Assembly (NCBI GenBank): GCA_001823095.1
Contig: MHTL01000012.1
Span: forward strand, 1,035 to 65,034
DNA length: 64,000 nucleotides
Reading direction: 5' to 3'
Origin: Candidatus Vogelbacteria bacterium RIFOXYD1_FULL_51_18
Lineage (GTDB): Bacteria > Patescibacteriota > Minisyncoccia > Phycocordibacterales > UBA9988
The notes under the pieces were generated by a model, which was given only the letters and a program-made list of their open reading frames with translations, ran no database searches and was not told where the DNA came from. Positions 10,578 through 20,002 of this stretch are shown here, in pieces. Numbering within the stretch: position 1 is the first letter of the stretch; every line of letters begins with the position of its first letter. Position numbers and translations under genes: made by a program.

Positions 10578-11030
10578 ATGATACAGGAACGCATTAAAAA
10601 TGAAACGAAGTCGGCTCTGCGGGAGAAGAACCAACCGAAGTTGAATGCCCTGCGCTCGCTCCTCGCGGCTTTTATCAATGAGCTCGTCGCCGAGAAAAAA
10701 ACGCCGGACTCCCCCGTCTCCGACGAACTAGCGCTGCGTGTTATTAAGCGCGCGATCAAAACTCGCAAGGATTCAATCGCGCAGTTTGTAGCCGGTGGAC
10801 GGCAGGACCTTGTGGAGAGTGAGGAGGCGGAGCTTGCCTATATAGAGAGCTTTGCGCCGGCCGGCGTTCCAGCGGAAGAGATAAAAAAAGCAGTCGAGGC
10901 AAAAAAGACGGAGCTTGGTATTAGCGACAAAGGCAAGGCGGGTATCCTTGTCGGTGCAGTCATGAAGGAACTCCGCGGCCGCGCAGATGGCAATGACGTG
11001 AAGCGTATCGTTGACTCGCTTTTTAACTGA
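10578..11030 (+). CDS. GatB/YqeY domain protein
   Basis: KTRKDSIAQFVAGGRQDLVESEEAEL...GAVMKELRGRADG; the stop TGA is the first triplet of a REP palindrome. Confidence 0.9.
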   Translation: MIQERIKNETKSALREKNQPKLNALRSLLAAFINELVAEKKTPDSPVSDELALRVIKRAIKTRKDSIAQFVAGGRQDLVESEEAELAYIESFAPAGVPAEEIKKAVEAKKTELGISDKGKAGILVGAVMKELRGRADGNDVKRIVDSLFN

Positions 11031-11050
11031 CTGGAGTCAGACTTCAGTCA
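11028..11050. repeat. 23-bp REP-like palindrome, copy 1
   Basis: TGACTGGAGTCAGACTTCAGTCA, identical to the copies at 33278 and 35590. Confidence 0.92.
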
Positions 11051-11090
11051 ACAAAAAATCCGTCTGCGACGGCGGACGGATTTTTTGTTT
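11051..11090. terminator. Bidirectional intrinsic terminator
   Basis: ACAAAAAATCCGTC...GACGGATTTTTTGT between convergent genes. Confidence 0.8.
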
Positions 11091-11101
11091 GTTGGAGTCC
11101 T

Positions 11102-12238
11102 CTACCGTATCAGCGGTGTCTGATTGGATGGCGTATCGTCGTCAGACTCGCTATCCATGTAGTGGAAGATGAGCCGGATGGCAATCGCAATCGCAAGGAT
11201 AATCAGGAGCAGGATAATGAGGCCGAAGCAGGGACTCCCCGTGCCGAGGTCAAAGATGTCTCCCAGCGCGGCAAGCACGTTCGGCTTGGTGACAGTAAGA
11301 TTATCAAGTGAGGATGCGGTCGTTGAGGCGGCCAGGAGCCGCTGATACTCATCAACAGTGATGCAGATTTTTTCAGGAGCTTTCGGTTGAGGAGCCGCGG
11401 CTTTGGGCTTGGCAACGGAGGCAATCTGCTTGGGGGCTGTTCTCACCACCGGACGAGGAGCAATTCCCGCACTTGCGCCGGTAACAATAATCTTCAGAGT
11501 TCCCTTTGCTTCAGGTTCATTGGAGCGTGCGTTAGGGATGCGGGCAACAACGGGAATTTCATAGGTCCCCGGGCGCGCATTCGCAAGAGTAATGAGCGGG
11601 ACATTCATGACTCCCACATCTCCGTTCGGCCGATTGCCAATACGCCAGAGGCGCGGGTAAGTGATGGCACTGCCGGTTTGGCTCACAAAGTCATCGCCTG
11701 CGATAATCCACGCCGTTGAAGTTGAGATGACTGCATTCTTGCCCTCGTAGATGAACTGGCTGGGGAGCGTCATGGTGAGATCAACGTCATTTGCTGTGGC
11801 AGTGCCAATATTGCGCACCACAAGCGAGGCATTGACCTTCGCGCCAGCACGTACCTGCGGTACTGCACCGTTTTGCGCGACAGAGAGTTTGGCGTACATC
11901 GGCGTACCGCCACCTCCTCCGCCACCTCCTCCGCCACCACCATTGTCACCGTTGCCCTCATCTTTGAGTTTACAGCCACTAATACAGTTGGGGCCACCAT
12001 CACATCGCTCATCGGGTTGATTCACAACTCCATCGCCACAGAAAGGGCCAGATTTACAGCCGTCAGTGCATCCTTCACCACCATCGCAGTCTTCATTTGG
12101 CTGATTTACCACACCATCGCCACAAAAGCCCTCTCCGGCCCAAGCAAAGCGGGGAGCAGAATTTGCCCCAACGAGTGCGACACTCACAGCAATGAGCGCC
12201 AAGGCAATGAGCGAACTTACGAATATCTGTTTATACAT
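11102..12238 (-). CDS. Surface protein: signal peptide, two Cys-rich CGDGVVNQPxExCDGG repeats, poly-Gly linker, DUF11/Ig-like domain, C-terminal TM
   Basis: Repeats and hydrophobic termini are visible in the translation; the domain names are inferred. Confidence 0.75.
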   Translation of the reverse strand: MYKQIFVSSLIALALIAVSVALVGANSAPRFAWAGEGFCGDGVVNQPNEDCDGGEGCTDGCKSGPFCGDGVVNQPDERCDGGPNCISGCKLKDEGNGDNGGGGGGGGGGGGTPMYAKLSVAQNGAVPQVRAGAKVNASLVVRNIGTATANDVDLTMTLPSQFIYEGKNAVISTSTAWIIAGDDFVSQTGSAITYPRLWRIGNRPNGDVGVMNVPLITLANARPGTYEIPVVARIPNARSNEPEAKGTLKIIVTGASAGIAPRPVVRTAPKQIASVAKPKAAAPQPKAPEKICITVDEYQRLLAASTTASSLDNLTVTKPNVLAALGDIFDLGTGSPCFGLIILLLIILAIAIAIRLIFHYMDSESDDDTPSNQTPLIR

Positions 12239-12488
12239 ACTAATTTGCTTACTATATTAAACTACCCCCGTAGACCTTCCGACCCTACTAATAAATAACT
12301 AAAACGTCAAGCCCTATCAGGGTTTTTTAACTATAGCATGTTTGTATAATAAAGTCAATCACAGGACGCTTGCCAAAGCAATATGCTTATGATATAATAC
12401 AATAACGCTGCAAAAGCGGCGGAAGGTGGTTCTTTGACACAAAGTTGCTCGGCGACTTACGATAAAAGAGTATAGAGGAGGAGAAAAA

Positions 12489-15110
12489 ATGAGAAAGGTA
12501 GTAGTAGTCTTGTTGTCGCTTGCAGCGCATGCTGCAAGCGCACTTCCCAACTTGCAGGTAATAGAGGCGAAGCACTTTGCCTCTGGATGCCTCAATGTGG
12601 AACAAGCGTATCACGGGAGTGGTACGGTCAAAAACGGCGGCGATGTTGCCGCCCAGAACTTCAAGGTTCTCATCATCATGTATGGTGAGGACAGCTTCTT
12701 CAAAAGGGAAAGGGTCACTGACGATGACCTCCTCGCGATGTATTACGAGAAGAGTGACGACCCGCGAATCAGGGACAGTATGTTTCTGAAAGAAGTCGCC
12801 TCTCTTGTTCCTGGAGAGACCAGAACATTTGAGGTTGACCGCACCTTGCCTGCTGATGCTCCATGCCAAAGGTATGGGCTCCGTGTTATTGCAGACGTGG
12901 ATAATGCGGTAGCTGAGAGCTCGGAAGAGGATAATGCTAAGAATGGCATCCCCTACTTCCCTTGCAAGTGTCCGGAGGCTGCTCCGTCATCAACACCGAC
13001 GGCAGCGCTGACGCCAACGATCACTTCAACCCCGACAGTAACAGGGACGGCGATTGCTTCTCCAACACACTCTCCCACGATTACGGAGACCGCGACGGTG
13101 ACCAACACCGGCGCACCGACGGCAACAGCAACGCTCTCTCCCACAGCAACAGCATCGGCAACCGTGACCAACACGGGAGCTCCGACAGCTACACAGACAG
13201 GGACGGCGACTCTGTCACCTACCGCAACGTCTACGTCAACAGTGACTGCAAGCGCAACAGTGACCAACACTGGAGTACCCACAGCCACGCAGACGGGAAC
13301 TGCTACAGCATCAGCGACAAACACTGCTTCTCCTACCGCCAGTCCTAGTGCGACGGTGACCAACACCGGCGCGCCGACGGTAACAGTTACGCCGATGGGC
13401 AAACCGAACGTCACTGTCTGGTTTGAGTTACTGGATGGCGACTTGTCGCCACTTCCAGAAGGCTCGTGCCTTGAGGACCTACACATCCATGCGCTTCTGG
13501 TCCATGTTTCTAACATTGGATCAGTCGCCGTAGAAGATGTGGCTCTTAAGATTACGAGCGTTCAGGAGAAGGATGTCCAGGTTTTTGCTAATTTGTTTGG
13601 CAAAGATCACGAAACTGTCTTAGAGGGTCCGCTCGCTCCAAATCAAGAGAAGGTGTGGACGATCAGAAATGATCCGTTCCACCCGATCTGTGCGATGAGA
13701 TACGGAGCAACAGTCATTGTTGACCCGGACGATCTAATTGACGAGGAGAACGAGAATGACAATCAGGCAGGGCGCTTTCTTTTAGAAGGTTGCTGCCCGG
13801 TTGAGACGCCCACCCCCACTGTCTCTCCCACCATCACTGCCACGGCAAGCCCCACTCATACAGAAACGGATGAGCCAACGGTTACCATGTCGCCGACAGC
13901 GACTTGGACGAGCACACCGACTCCTACCAAAACCGGCGCTCTTGAGCCCACGGCAACGTGGACGACTGTGTCGCCAACGGCAACGGTAACTCCAACGGAG
14001 ACGCGAGGGTTCTGCGACCGAGGATTCTACTTGCTAGACATCTTCGGACAACTGCATCGTGCGGGTAGTCCTCCTGTCATCACAGGGAGCATCACGCTCC
14101 CCGGCGGCAACGCTATGGGTGCGGAGAAAGTCCGCACGGACGAGGACATTGCCGTCTTGGACGGCATGGGAGTAGTCACCTTTGTCTCGCATCCGGAGAA
14201 CACTCCGATGCAAGACTTTCTCTTCCAGCCAAGTCCTGCCTTCCCCCTCGGACGCGCGGTTGACCTTGCAGTCACACCGAGCGGCGAGGGCTTCTGGGTG
14301 TTGACGGACTTCGGCGGCATCTACCGCGCAGGCACGGCTAAGGTAACAGGGCAAGGTGCTCTGGTACCGCATACCGACGAGCTCCCTCTTGGCTACGACA
14401 TCATGTTCGGGCCTATGAGGAGGCCCGGCTTCCCCAATCCGGGAGGAGCCTCTCTGCGAGCAGTTTCGCTCGGAGTGATTAACCCTGACGGGGATGATCA
14501 AGCCAATGGCTACATCATCCTTGATAGCCAAGGAGGGCGCTTCCTCCTCAATGGAGATGGGAGCACTGTTGCTCCGGGGACCTATGCAAATCGTCCTCCT
14601 GACGATCCGCTGAAGTTACTGGACTCACCCACGCGTCTGGAACCGCCGGACGCGTACATCTGGCCCTTCTTCGCAGGCATGGATATTGCTCGCGATCTGG
14701 AGCTACACCCGTCTCAAAAAGGCCTCGTGGTCTTTGACGGATGGGGTGGCATTCATCCGGTGCCAGTTGATAGGGTCAGCAATCCTGTGTTCTACACACG
14801 AAATGACGACCCGAACGACCCTGGCAACTTAATTACGACTGTGGGTATGCCTTACATTGTGGAAGGGTTTGACAATCCGGAAACTCCACAAGATGAAGGG
14901 AACGAGAACATCTACGGGGTTGATGCCGAGTCAATCTTCACGGGTTTTAACTTCTCACCGGGTTGCCAACAAGGGTTCTACACCCTTGACGAGTTCGGGG
15001 GTGTGGCCGTCTTCGGAGGAGTGCGGAGAACATCAGATAACATCGGTTCGCCATTCTCCTCACCCTACTTCTTCCCGTTTATGCACGGGAAGAAGCTCGT
15101 CATCTACTGA
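12489..15110 (+). CDS. Large secreted protein: two CARDB-like Ig domains, Thr-rich repeat linkers, C-terminal beta-propeller-like domain
   Basis: Signal peptide; ADVDNAVAESSEEDN and VDPDDLIDEENENDN CARDB-type endings; TVTNTG(A/V)PT repeats; GFYLLD/GFWVLT/GYIILD/GFYTLD blades; SD GAGGAGGAG upstream. Confidence 0.75.
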   Translation: MRKVVVVLLSLAAHAASALPNLQVIEAKHFASGCLNVEQAYHGSGTVKNGGDVAAQNFKVLIIMYGEDSFFKRERVTDDDLLAMYYEKSDDPRIRDSMFLKEVASLVPGETRTFEVDRTLPADAPCQRYGLRVIADVDNAVAESSEEDNAKNGIPYFPCKCPEAAPSSTPTAALTPTITSTPTVTGTAIASPTHSPTITETATVTNTGAPTATATLSPTATASATVTNTGAPTATQTGTATLSPTATSTSTVTASATVTNTGVPTATQTGTATASATNTASPTASPSATVTNTGAPTVTVTPMGKPNVTVWFELLDGDLSPLPEGSCLEDLHIHALLVHVSNIGSVAVEDVALKITSVQEKDVQVFANLFGKDHETVLEGPLAPNQEKVWTIRNDPFHPICAMRYGATVIVDPDDLIDEENENDNQAGRFLLEGCCPVETPTPTVSPTITATASPTHTETDEPTVTMSPTATWTSTPTPTKTGALEPTATWTTVSPTATVTPTETRGFCDRGFYLLDIFGQLHRAGSPPVITGSITLPGGNAMGAEKVRTDEDIAVLDGMGVVTFVSHPENTPMQDFLFQPSPAFPLGRAVDLAVTPSGEGFWVLTDFGGIYRAGTAKVTGQGALVPHTDELPLGYDIMFGPMRRPGFPNPGGASLRAVSLGVINPDGDDQANGYIILDSQGGRFLLNGDGSTVAPGTYANRPPDDPLKLLDSPTRLEPPDAYIWPFFAGMDIARDLELHPSQKGLVVFDGWGGIHPVPVDRVSNPVFYTRNDDPNDPGNLITTVGMPYIVEGFDNPETPQDEGNENIYGVDAESIFTGFNFSPGCQQGFYTLDEFGGVAVFGGVRRTSDNIGSPFSSPYFFPFMHGKKLVIY

Positions 15111-15817
15111 TGACGAGACCGAGCAACATTACTGGTTCTTTCGCCCCCGATGCGCACCACGTGTCGGGGGTTTTTCTTTTTCAATACAATACTAATCGGA
15201 TCATCATCCCCCCTCCGCGCCGGGCTGTAGACACGTCCGTATGCCTTGAGCCGGTAGGCAGTATCCCACCACTCGCGCTTTGGGAAGAGCTTCATCAGGT
15301 CGCGCTCTATTTTATTTGGGTCGCTCTCTTGGGTGAGACCGAATTTGCGCGCGAGACGGCGCACGTGGGTATCCACGGCAATCCCTTCCACTACTCCGTG
15401 CACATGCCCGAGCACTACGTTGGCGGTCTTTCTGCCCACACCGGGAATAGTGAGAAGTTCGGAAATCGTTTTGGGGAGCTTGCCTTCAAAGCGCTCTCCA
15501 AGCGCCTTGGCTGCGCCAATGATACTCCTTGCCTTGTTGCGGTAAAAGCCGGTTGAATGGATGTCCTGTTCAAGCTCCTCCTGTTTAGCCGACGCGAATG
15601 CGTTTAGGCCTCTGTATTTCTTAAAAAGCTTCGCGGTAACTTTGTTCACCTGCGCATCGGTGCACTGCGCAGAGAGAATCACGGCAACCAAAAGCTGCCA
15701 GGGAGTCTTGTAGTGCAGAGGCGTCTGCAGTTTTCCCGGGAAAAGTTTTTTCAACTCCCGAGAAATGATACGGGCTCGCCACGTAAAACTCGCGGACTCA
15801 TCACGTGACAAGCGCAT
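15104..15817 (-). CDS. nth: Endonuclease III (HhH-GPD), lacking the Fe-S cysteine motif
   Basis: LLVAVILSAQCTDAQVN, IPGVGRKTANVV, IAVDTHVRR. Confidence 0.9.
   Translation of the reverse strand: MRLSRDESASFTWRARIISRELKKLFPGKLQTPLHYKTPWQLLVAVILSAQCTDAQVNKVTAKLFKKYRGLNAFASAKQEELEQDIHSTGFYRNKARSIIGAAKALGERFEGKLPKTISELLTIPGVGRKTANVVLGHVHGVVEGIAVDTHVRRLARKFGLTQESDPNKIERDLMKLFPKREWWDTAYRLKAYGRVYSPARRGDDDPISIVLKKKNPRHVVRIGGERTSNVARSRHQ
15144..15180 (+). terminator. Intrinsic terminator after the secreted-protein gene
   Basis: CCCCCGA...TCGGGGG followed by a T-run. Confidence 0.65.
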
Positions 15818-16622
15818 AGGTATTTTTTTTCTTGCTAATCAAACCGTCTTTCATCAGTGCAGAGAGGTTTTTCTCAATACGATCTTGCAGGAATGGGAGA
15901 GAGTGTGCGAGTGCGCTACTGCTCTCTGGGCCAGAGGTGAGCCTCCGCAGGAGCGCACCGCGCACTTCCCGTTCGGAGCCCTTGAAAGGTTTTTGATGGA
16001 CATGGTGCGCGCTCCTCTGGGAGGGATTTGCGCCCTGCGTTTTTAAATATGCGCCGTAGTCCATAAGCGCCGCATACCAATTGCGCGCATCGCGGGGAGG
16101 CAGTGTTGCCTCAATGAGCGGCAAGAGCTCCGCATCGCCCACCTTCTCCCGCGTAGGGAAGAAGTGATGGAGGAAGACGCTCCTGATATTGGTCTCAATA
16201 AATACCTGCGGCTCGTTGCATGCAAAAGTGAGGACGGCGCGCGCGCTGTAGCGGCCGATGCCGGGAAGTTTCCCCAGCGCCGCCGGGTCATGTGGGACTT
16301 TCCCCTTATATTCACGAACGATTATTTTTGCCGCTTTGTGGAGATAGAGGGCGCGGCGATTGTAACCGAGACCCTGCCACATACGCAGAACATCGGCAAA
16401 CGGCGCGGACGCCAATGTGGAAACGTGAGGGAAACGCTTGATAAACTCACGGTACTTCCCCACCACGCGCGAGACCTGCGTCTGTTGGAGCATCACTTCG
16501 GAAACAAGGATATGGTAGGGATCGCGCGTCCTGCGCCACGGGAAGCTCCGCTTATGAGCGCGGTAGTAGCGCCAGACAGTACATACAAATTTTTTCTTCC
16601 TTTCTTTTTCCTTTGCCTTCAT
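15801..16622 (-). CDS. mutY: A/G-specific adenine glycosylase (short MutY-like)
   Basis: FPWRRTRDPYHILVSEVMLQQTQV, WQGLGYNRRA, LPGIGRYSA, ALMDYGA. Confidence 0.88.
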   Translation of the reverse strand: MKAKEKERKKKFVCTVWRYYRAHKRSFPWRRTRDPYHILVSEVMLQQTQVSRVVGKYREFIKRFPHVSTLASAPFADVLRMWQGLGYNRRALYLHKAAKIIVREYKGKVPHDPAALGKLPGIGRYSARAVLTFACNEPQVFIETNIRSVFLHHFFPTREKVGDAELLPLIEATLPPRDARNWYAALMDYGAYLKTQGANPSQRSAHHVHQKPFKGSEREVRGALLRRLTSGPESSSALAHSLPFLQDRIEKNLSALMKDGLISKKKNTYALVT

Positions 16623-16649
16623 GGCGCTATGATACAGGTTCGTCCCTGC

Positions 16650-16790
16650 AAGAGAAAGGCCCCGTCTTATGGATTGGATAAGAGCGGGGCCGGCAGATGT
16701 GTCGGGTAATTAGTCGTCCGTTACCGTGGGCTTAACACATGAGGAGGCTAAGGTAGGACCCGATGGCATCTGCGAGTTGAGTGTGCTCCG
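16650..16790 (-). ncRNA. Candidate small structured RNA or leader
   Basis: Minus-strand TTGCGG-N16-TATACT (16823-16796), long stem 16693-16707/16758-16773, terminator hairpin 16650-16691. Confidence 0.35.
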
Positions 16791-16881
16791 TTTACAGTAT
16801 ACTCCTCCCTTCTCCTTCCGCAAGGAGTCTCTTTAAAAAAATGGAAATATCTCAAAATCAGTGCTAGAGTATGAACGCAAT

Positions 16882-16952
16882 TGCCGGGTCGTCTAATGGT
16901 AGGACACATGCCTCTGGAGCATGGTATTGGGGTTCGAGTCCCTGCCCGGCAG
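16882..16952 (+). tRNA. tRNA-Gln(CTG)
   Basis: Acceptor TGCCGGG/CCCGGCA, anticodon arm CATGC-CTCTGGA-GCATG, GTTCGAGTC. Confidence 0.95.
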
Positions 16953-17110
16953 TTTGGAACAGAGTGGAAAACTGACGGGCAGGGACTCGAAAAGCTTTTG
17001 AGAATTTTTATGAGCCTTGCGAAAATAAAAAGTCAAAAAGGTATACTGTTCATGTCAATATTTATTCTCTAATTCGCGCGAATAAGAGAATAAGAAAGTT
17101 AACAATAGGT

Positions 17111-17731
17111 ATGTTCCGCGATAGGAGAGATGCGGGGAGAAAGCTGGCGGAGAGACTCACCGAGTACCGCGGGGCTGACGCGGTGCTCCTCGCACTCCCC
17201 CGCGGCGGGGTAGTGCTCGGGGCAGAACTTGTCCGCTCCTTCAAACTCCCTCTGGATATCCTTTCCATACGCAAGGTAGGGCACCCCGATAATCCCGAGT
17301 ACGCCCTCTGCGCCGTGGATGCGCGCGGTATGCAATTGTGCAATGAGGATGAACTCAAGAGCGTTGGCCGCGCCTGGTTCACAGAGGCGCTTGAGCGAGA
17401 GCGCAGAGAAGCACAGCGGCGCGAGGAGCTCTACCGCGGAGGCAGAGCCGCCGTGGAGCTCACCGGCAAAACGGCCATCATTGTTGACGACGGCATCGCC
17501 ACCGGTCTCACGATGCGGCTTGCAGTGCGCTCTGCAAGAACGCAGGGCGCCGCGCGCGTGATAGCCGCTGTACCTGTTGCCTCGCGCGAAGCGTCAGAAG
17601 AGGTGCGGAGAGAGGCAGGTATGCTTATTGTGCTGGAGCCGCCGGAGCAGTTTTTAGGCGCTGTGGGTGCGCATTACAAGAATTTCGAACAGGTAGCCGA
17701 CAGCGAGGTTATTGCGCTACTACGACAGTGA
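17111..17731 (+). CDS. Phosphoribosyltransferase family protein
   Basis: FRDRRDAGRKLA, LALPRGGV, IIVDDGIATGLT. Confidence 0.9.
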   Translation: MFRDRRDAGRKLAERLTEYRGADAVLLALPRGGVVLGAELVRSFKLPLDILSIRKVGHPDNPEYALCAVDARGMQLCNEDELKSVGRAWFTEALERERREAQRREELYRGGRAAVELTGKTAIIVDDGIATGLTMRLAVRSARTQGAARVIAAVPVASREASEEVRREAGMLIVLEPPEQFLGAVGAHYKNFEQVADSEVIALLRQ

Positions 17732-17768
17732 TAGTATAGTGTCCGCATATTAGTTAAGTGTACGAATC

Positions 17769-18305
17769 ATGAATAAAACGATTTGGATAGTTGTCGGAAT
17801 TGTGATACTCATCGCTTTCGGCCTTTACTTTTATATGGCCGGCAGTGGCTCTCCCGCAGAGATCCCGGGTACAGTGGGGAGTACTCCCACGTCCCTTAAC
17901 CAGCTTGCGGCGCTCGGCACGCCGCAGAAGTGCACGTTCGCGGACGGGGCGGCGGATGTTCGCTCTGAAGGTGTCGTCTATGTGAGCGGCGGCTCCGTGC
18001 GCGCGGACTTTGCGAGCGCCGAGGGCACAAACACGGCAACGCAAGGACACATGATACAGAGTGGCGGAGAGGTCTACACGTGGGTAGACGGCATGACGCA
18101 GGGCTACCGGATAGCAGCAAGCCAAGCAGGGAGCGCTACCGGCACAGCACAAGCGCTCAACCCCGACAAGAGCGTTGATTACCGTTGCGAGCCATGGTCT
18201 CCTGATGCTTCGGCATTTACTCCCCCGGCAAACATTTCATTCGTGAGCATGGCAGACATACAGAGCCAAATACGGATCCCCGTTGATGTTCCGCTCGGGC
18301 AATAA
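17769..18305 (+). CDS. Hypothetical membrane-anchored exported protein
   Basis: N-terminal TM segment, paired Cys (QKCTF, YRCEPW). Confidence 0.75.
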   Translation: MNKTIWIVVGIVILIAFGLYFYMAGSGSPAEIPGTVGSTPTSLNQLAALGTPQKCTFADGAADVRSEGVVYVSGGSVRADFASAEGTNTATQGHMIQSGGEVYTWVDGMTQGYRIAASQAGSATGTAQALNPDKSVDYRCEPWSPDASAFTPPANISFVSMADIQSQIRIPVDVPLGQ

Positions 18306-18322
18306 AATCATCCTTATAACGC

Positions 18323-20002
18323 TTATCTCTTTTTCTTCAAACTTTCCCGTGCCGTCGCCTTCATAAACGCCGTAAAGAGCGGGTGGGGTTTAAGCGGGGA
18401 TGATTTAAATTCAGGATGAAATTGCGTCCCCATAAAGAATGGGTGTGTTTTTGCGGGAAGTTCAAAAATCTCCATGAGCACTCCATTCGGAGAGCGGCCG
18501 GAAAAAACTCCCCCGCCTGCTTCAATACGCTCCACGTAATCAGGGTTCACCTCGTAGCGGTGCCGGTGCCGCTCGCTGATAGAATCAGCGCCGTAGGCCG
18601 TGTGCGCAATCGTCCCCTCCAAGAGCTCTGCAGGATAGGCGCCAAGGCGCATCGTCGCGCCGTACTTGCCATTCCGAACATTTTCCTTCTGCTCGGGCAT
18701 GATGTCTATGACCGGGTGTGCGGTGTTCCCGTCAATCTCGGTCGTGTGCGCGTGTGCAAATCCCAAACAATTTCGCGCAAATTCAACGATGGCAAGCTGC
18801 ATGCCGTAGCAGAGGCCGAAGTAGGGAATGCCATTCTCGCGCGCATACTCAATCACCTTAATCTTCCCCTCCACCCCCCGCTCGCCAAATCCGCCGGGGA
18901 CAAGGATGCCCGCGTAGCGAGAGAGTTCTTTGAGTTTCTTCTTTCCCTCGTTATGGCTGGACGAATCCTCTTCATATTCCGTGGAATCCAGCCAGCTGAT
19001 GGAAACTTTTTTACCCTGCGCCGCACCTGCGTGCTTGAGTGATTCAATGACTGAAATGTACACATCCGAGAGCACGAAGTCCCCAGTCTTGAAATACTTC
19101 CCCACAATGGCAATGGGCATTTCCTCGCGCGCTTTCTGCAGACGAGCCACCATAGCGCGCCACTCATGCAAGTCGGTGCTCCTGGGCCGCAGGCGCAGAC
19201 GCTTGAGGAGCCGGTCAGAGAGTTCATCCTTCTCAAAGTTGATGGGTATCTCGTAGATGCTCTCGATATCGGGGGCCGAGATGATGTCCTCGGCGGCAAT
19301 GTTGCTTGAGACGGCAATTTTCTCTTTGCGCTTCTTGTCCAGTGGCCGGTCACTGCGCGCGATGATGATGTCCGGATGCACACCGTAGCTATTCATGGTA
19401 CGCACCGCCTCCTGCGTCGGCTTGGTCTTCATCTCGCCAATCTTCCCCGGCACCGGCAAGTAGCTCACCAGCACAAAGAGCACATCCTCGGGATGTTTAA
19501 GCTTGAGAATGCGCGCCGCTTCAATAAACATGGCATTTTGGTACTCGCCCACCGTCCCGCCGATTTCCACAATCGTGATATCCGCGCCGGTTTTCTCCTG
19601 CGAACGCTTGAGGCGGCGGGTTATCTCCTCGCAAATGTAGGGCACCGGGTCAACGCATTTCCCCCCGTAGCCCAGCGCGCGTTCTTTGTCTATGACGTGC
19701 TTGTACACCATGCCACTGGTCATGTAGTTCTCCGGCGGGAGCGGCGTGTCCAAAAAGCGCTCATAGTTGCCCATATCCTGGTCGCACTCCAGACCTGAAT
19801 CCAGCACAAAGACCTCCCCATGCTCAATAGGGTTCATCGTTCCCGCGTCAACATTGAGATAGGGGTCAATTTTAACGGGACTTACCGTGAAGCCCCGCGC
19901 TTGGAGAATTTTTGCGATTGACGATGTGGTGACCCCTTTTCCCACTCCAGACATCACTCCGCCTAAGACGAAGATGTACTTGTGTCGGCGGGCCGCACTC
20001 AT
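18323..20002 (-). CDS. pyrG: CTP synthase
   Basis: GGVMSGVGKG, KIDPYLNVDAGTMNP, GLCYGMQ, ERHRHRYE, QFHPEF. Confidence 0.97.
   Translation of the reverse strand: MSAARRHKYIFVLGGVMSGVGKGVTTSSIAKILQARGFTVSPVKIDPYLNVDAGTMNPIEHGEVFVLDSGLECDQDMGNYERFLDTPLPPENYMTSGMVYKHVIDKERALGYGGKCVDPVPYICEEITRRLKRSQEKTGADITIVEIGGTVGEYQNAMFIEAARILKLKHPEDVLFVLVSYLPVPGKIGEMKTKPTQEAVRTMNSYGVHPDIIIARSDRPLDKKRKEKIAVSSNIAAEDIISAPDIESIYEIPINFEKDELSDRLLKRLRLRPRSTDLHEWRAMVARLQKAREEMPIAIVGKYFKTGDFVLSDVYISVIESLKHAGAAQGKKVSISWLDSTEYEEDSSSHNEGKKKLKELSRYAGILVPGGFGERGVEGKIKVIEYARENGIPYFGLCYGMQLAIVEFARNCLGFAHAHTTEIDGNTAHPVIDIMPEQKENVRNGKYGATMRLGAYPAELLEGTIAHTAYGADSISERHRHRYEVNPDYVERIEAGGGVFSGRSPNGVLMEIFELPAKTHPFFMGTQFHPEFKSSPLKPHPLFTAFMKATARESLKKKR

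Noticed and set aside
16881-17072. Short ORFs over tRNA genes (also 22412-22914, 44159-44341, 47211-47396)
   Set aside because: Explained by the tRNA sequences
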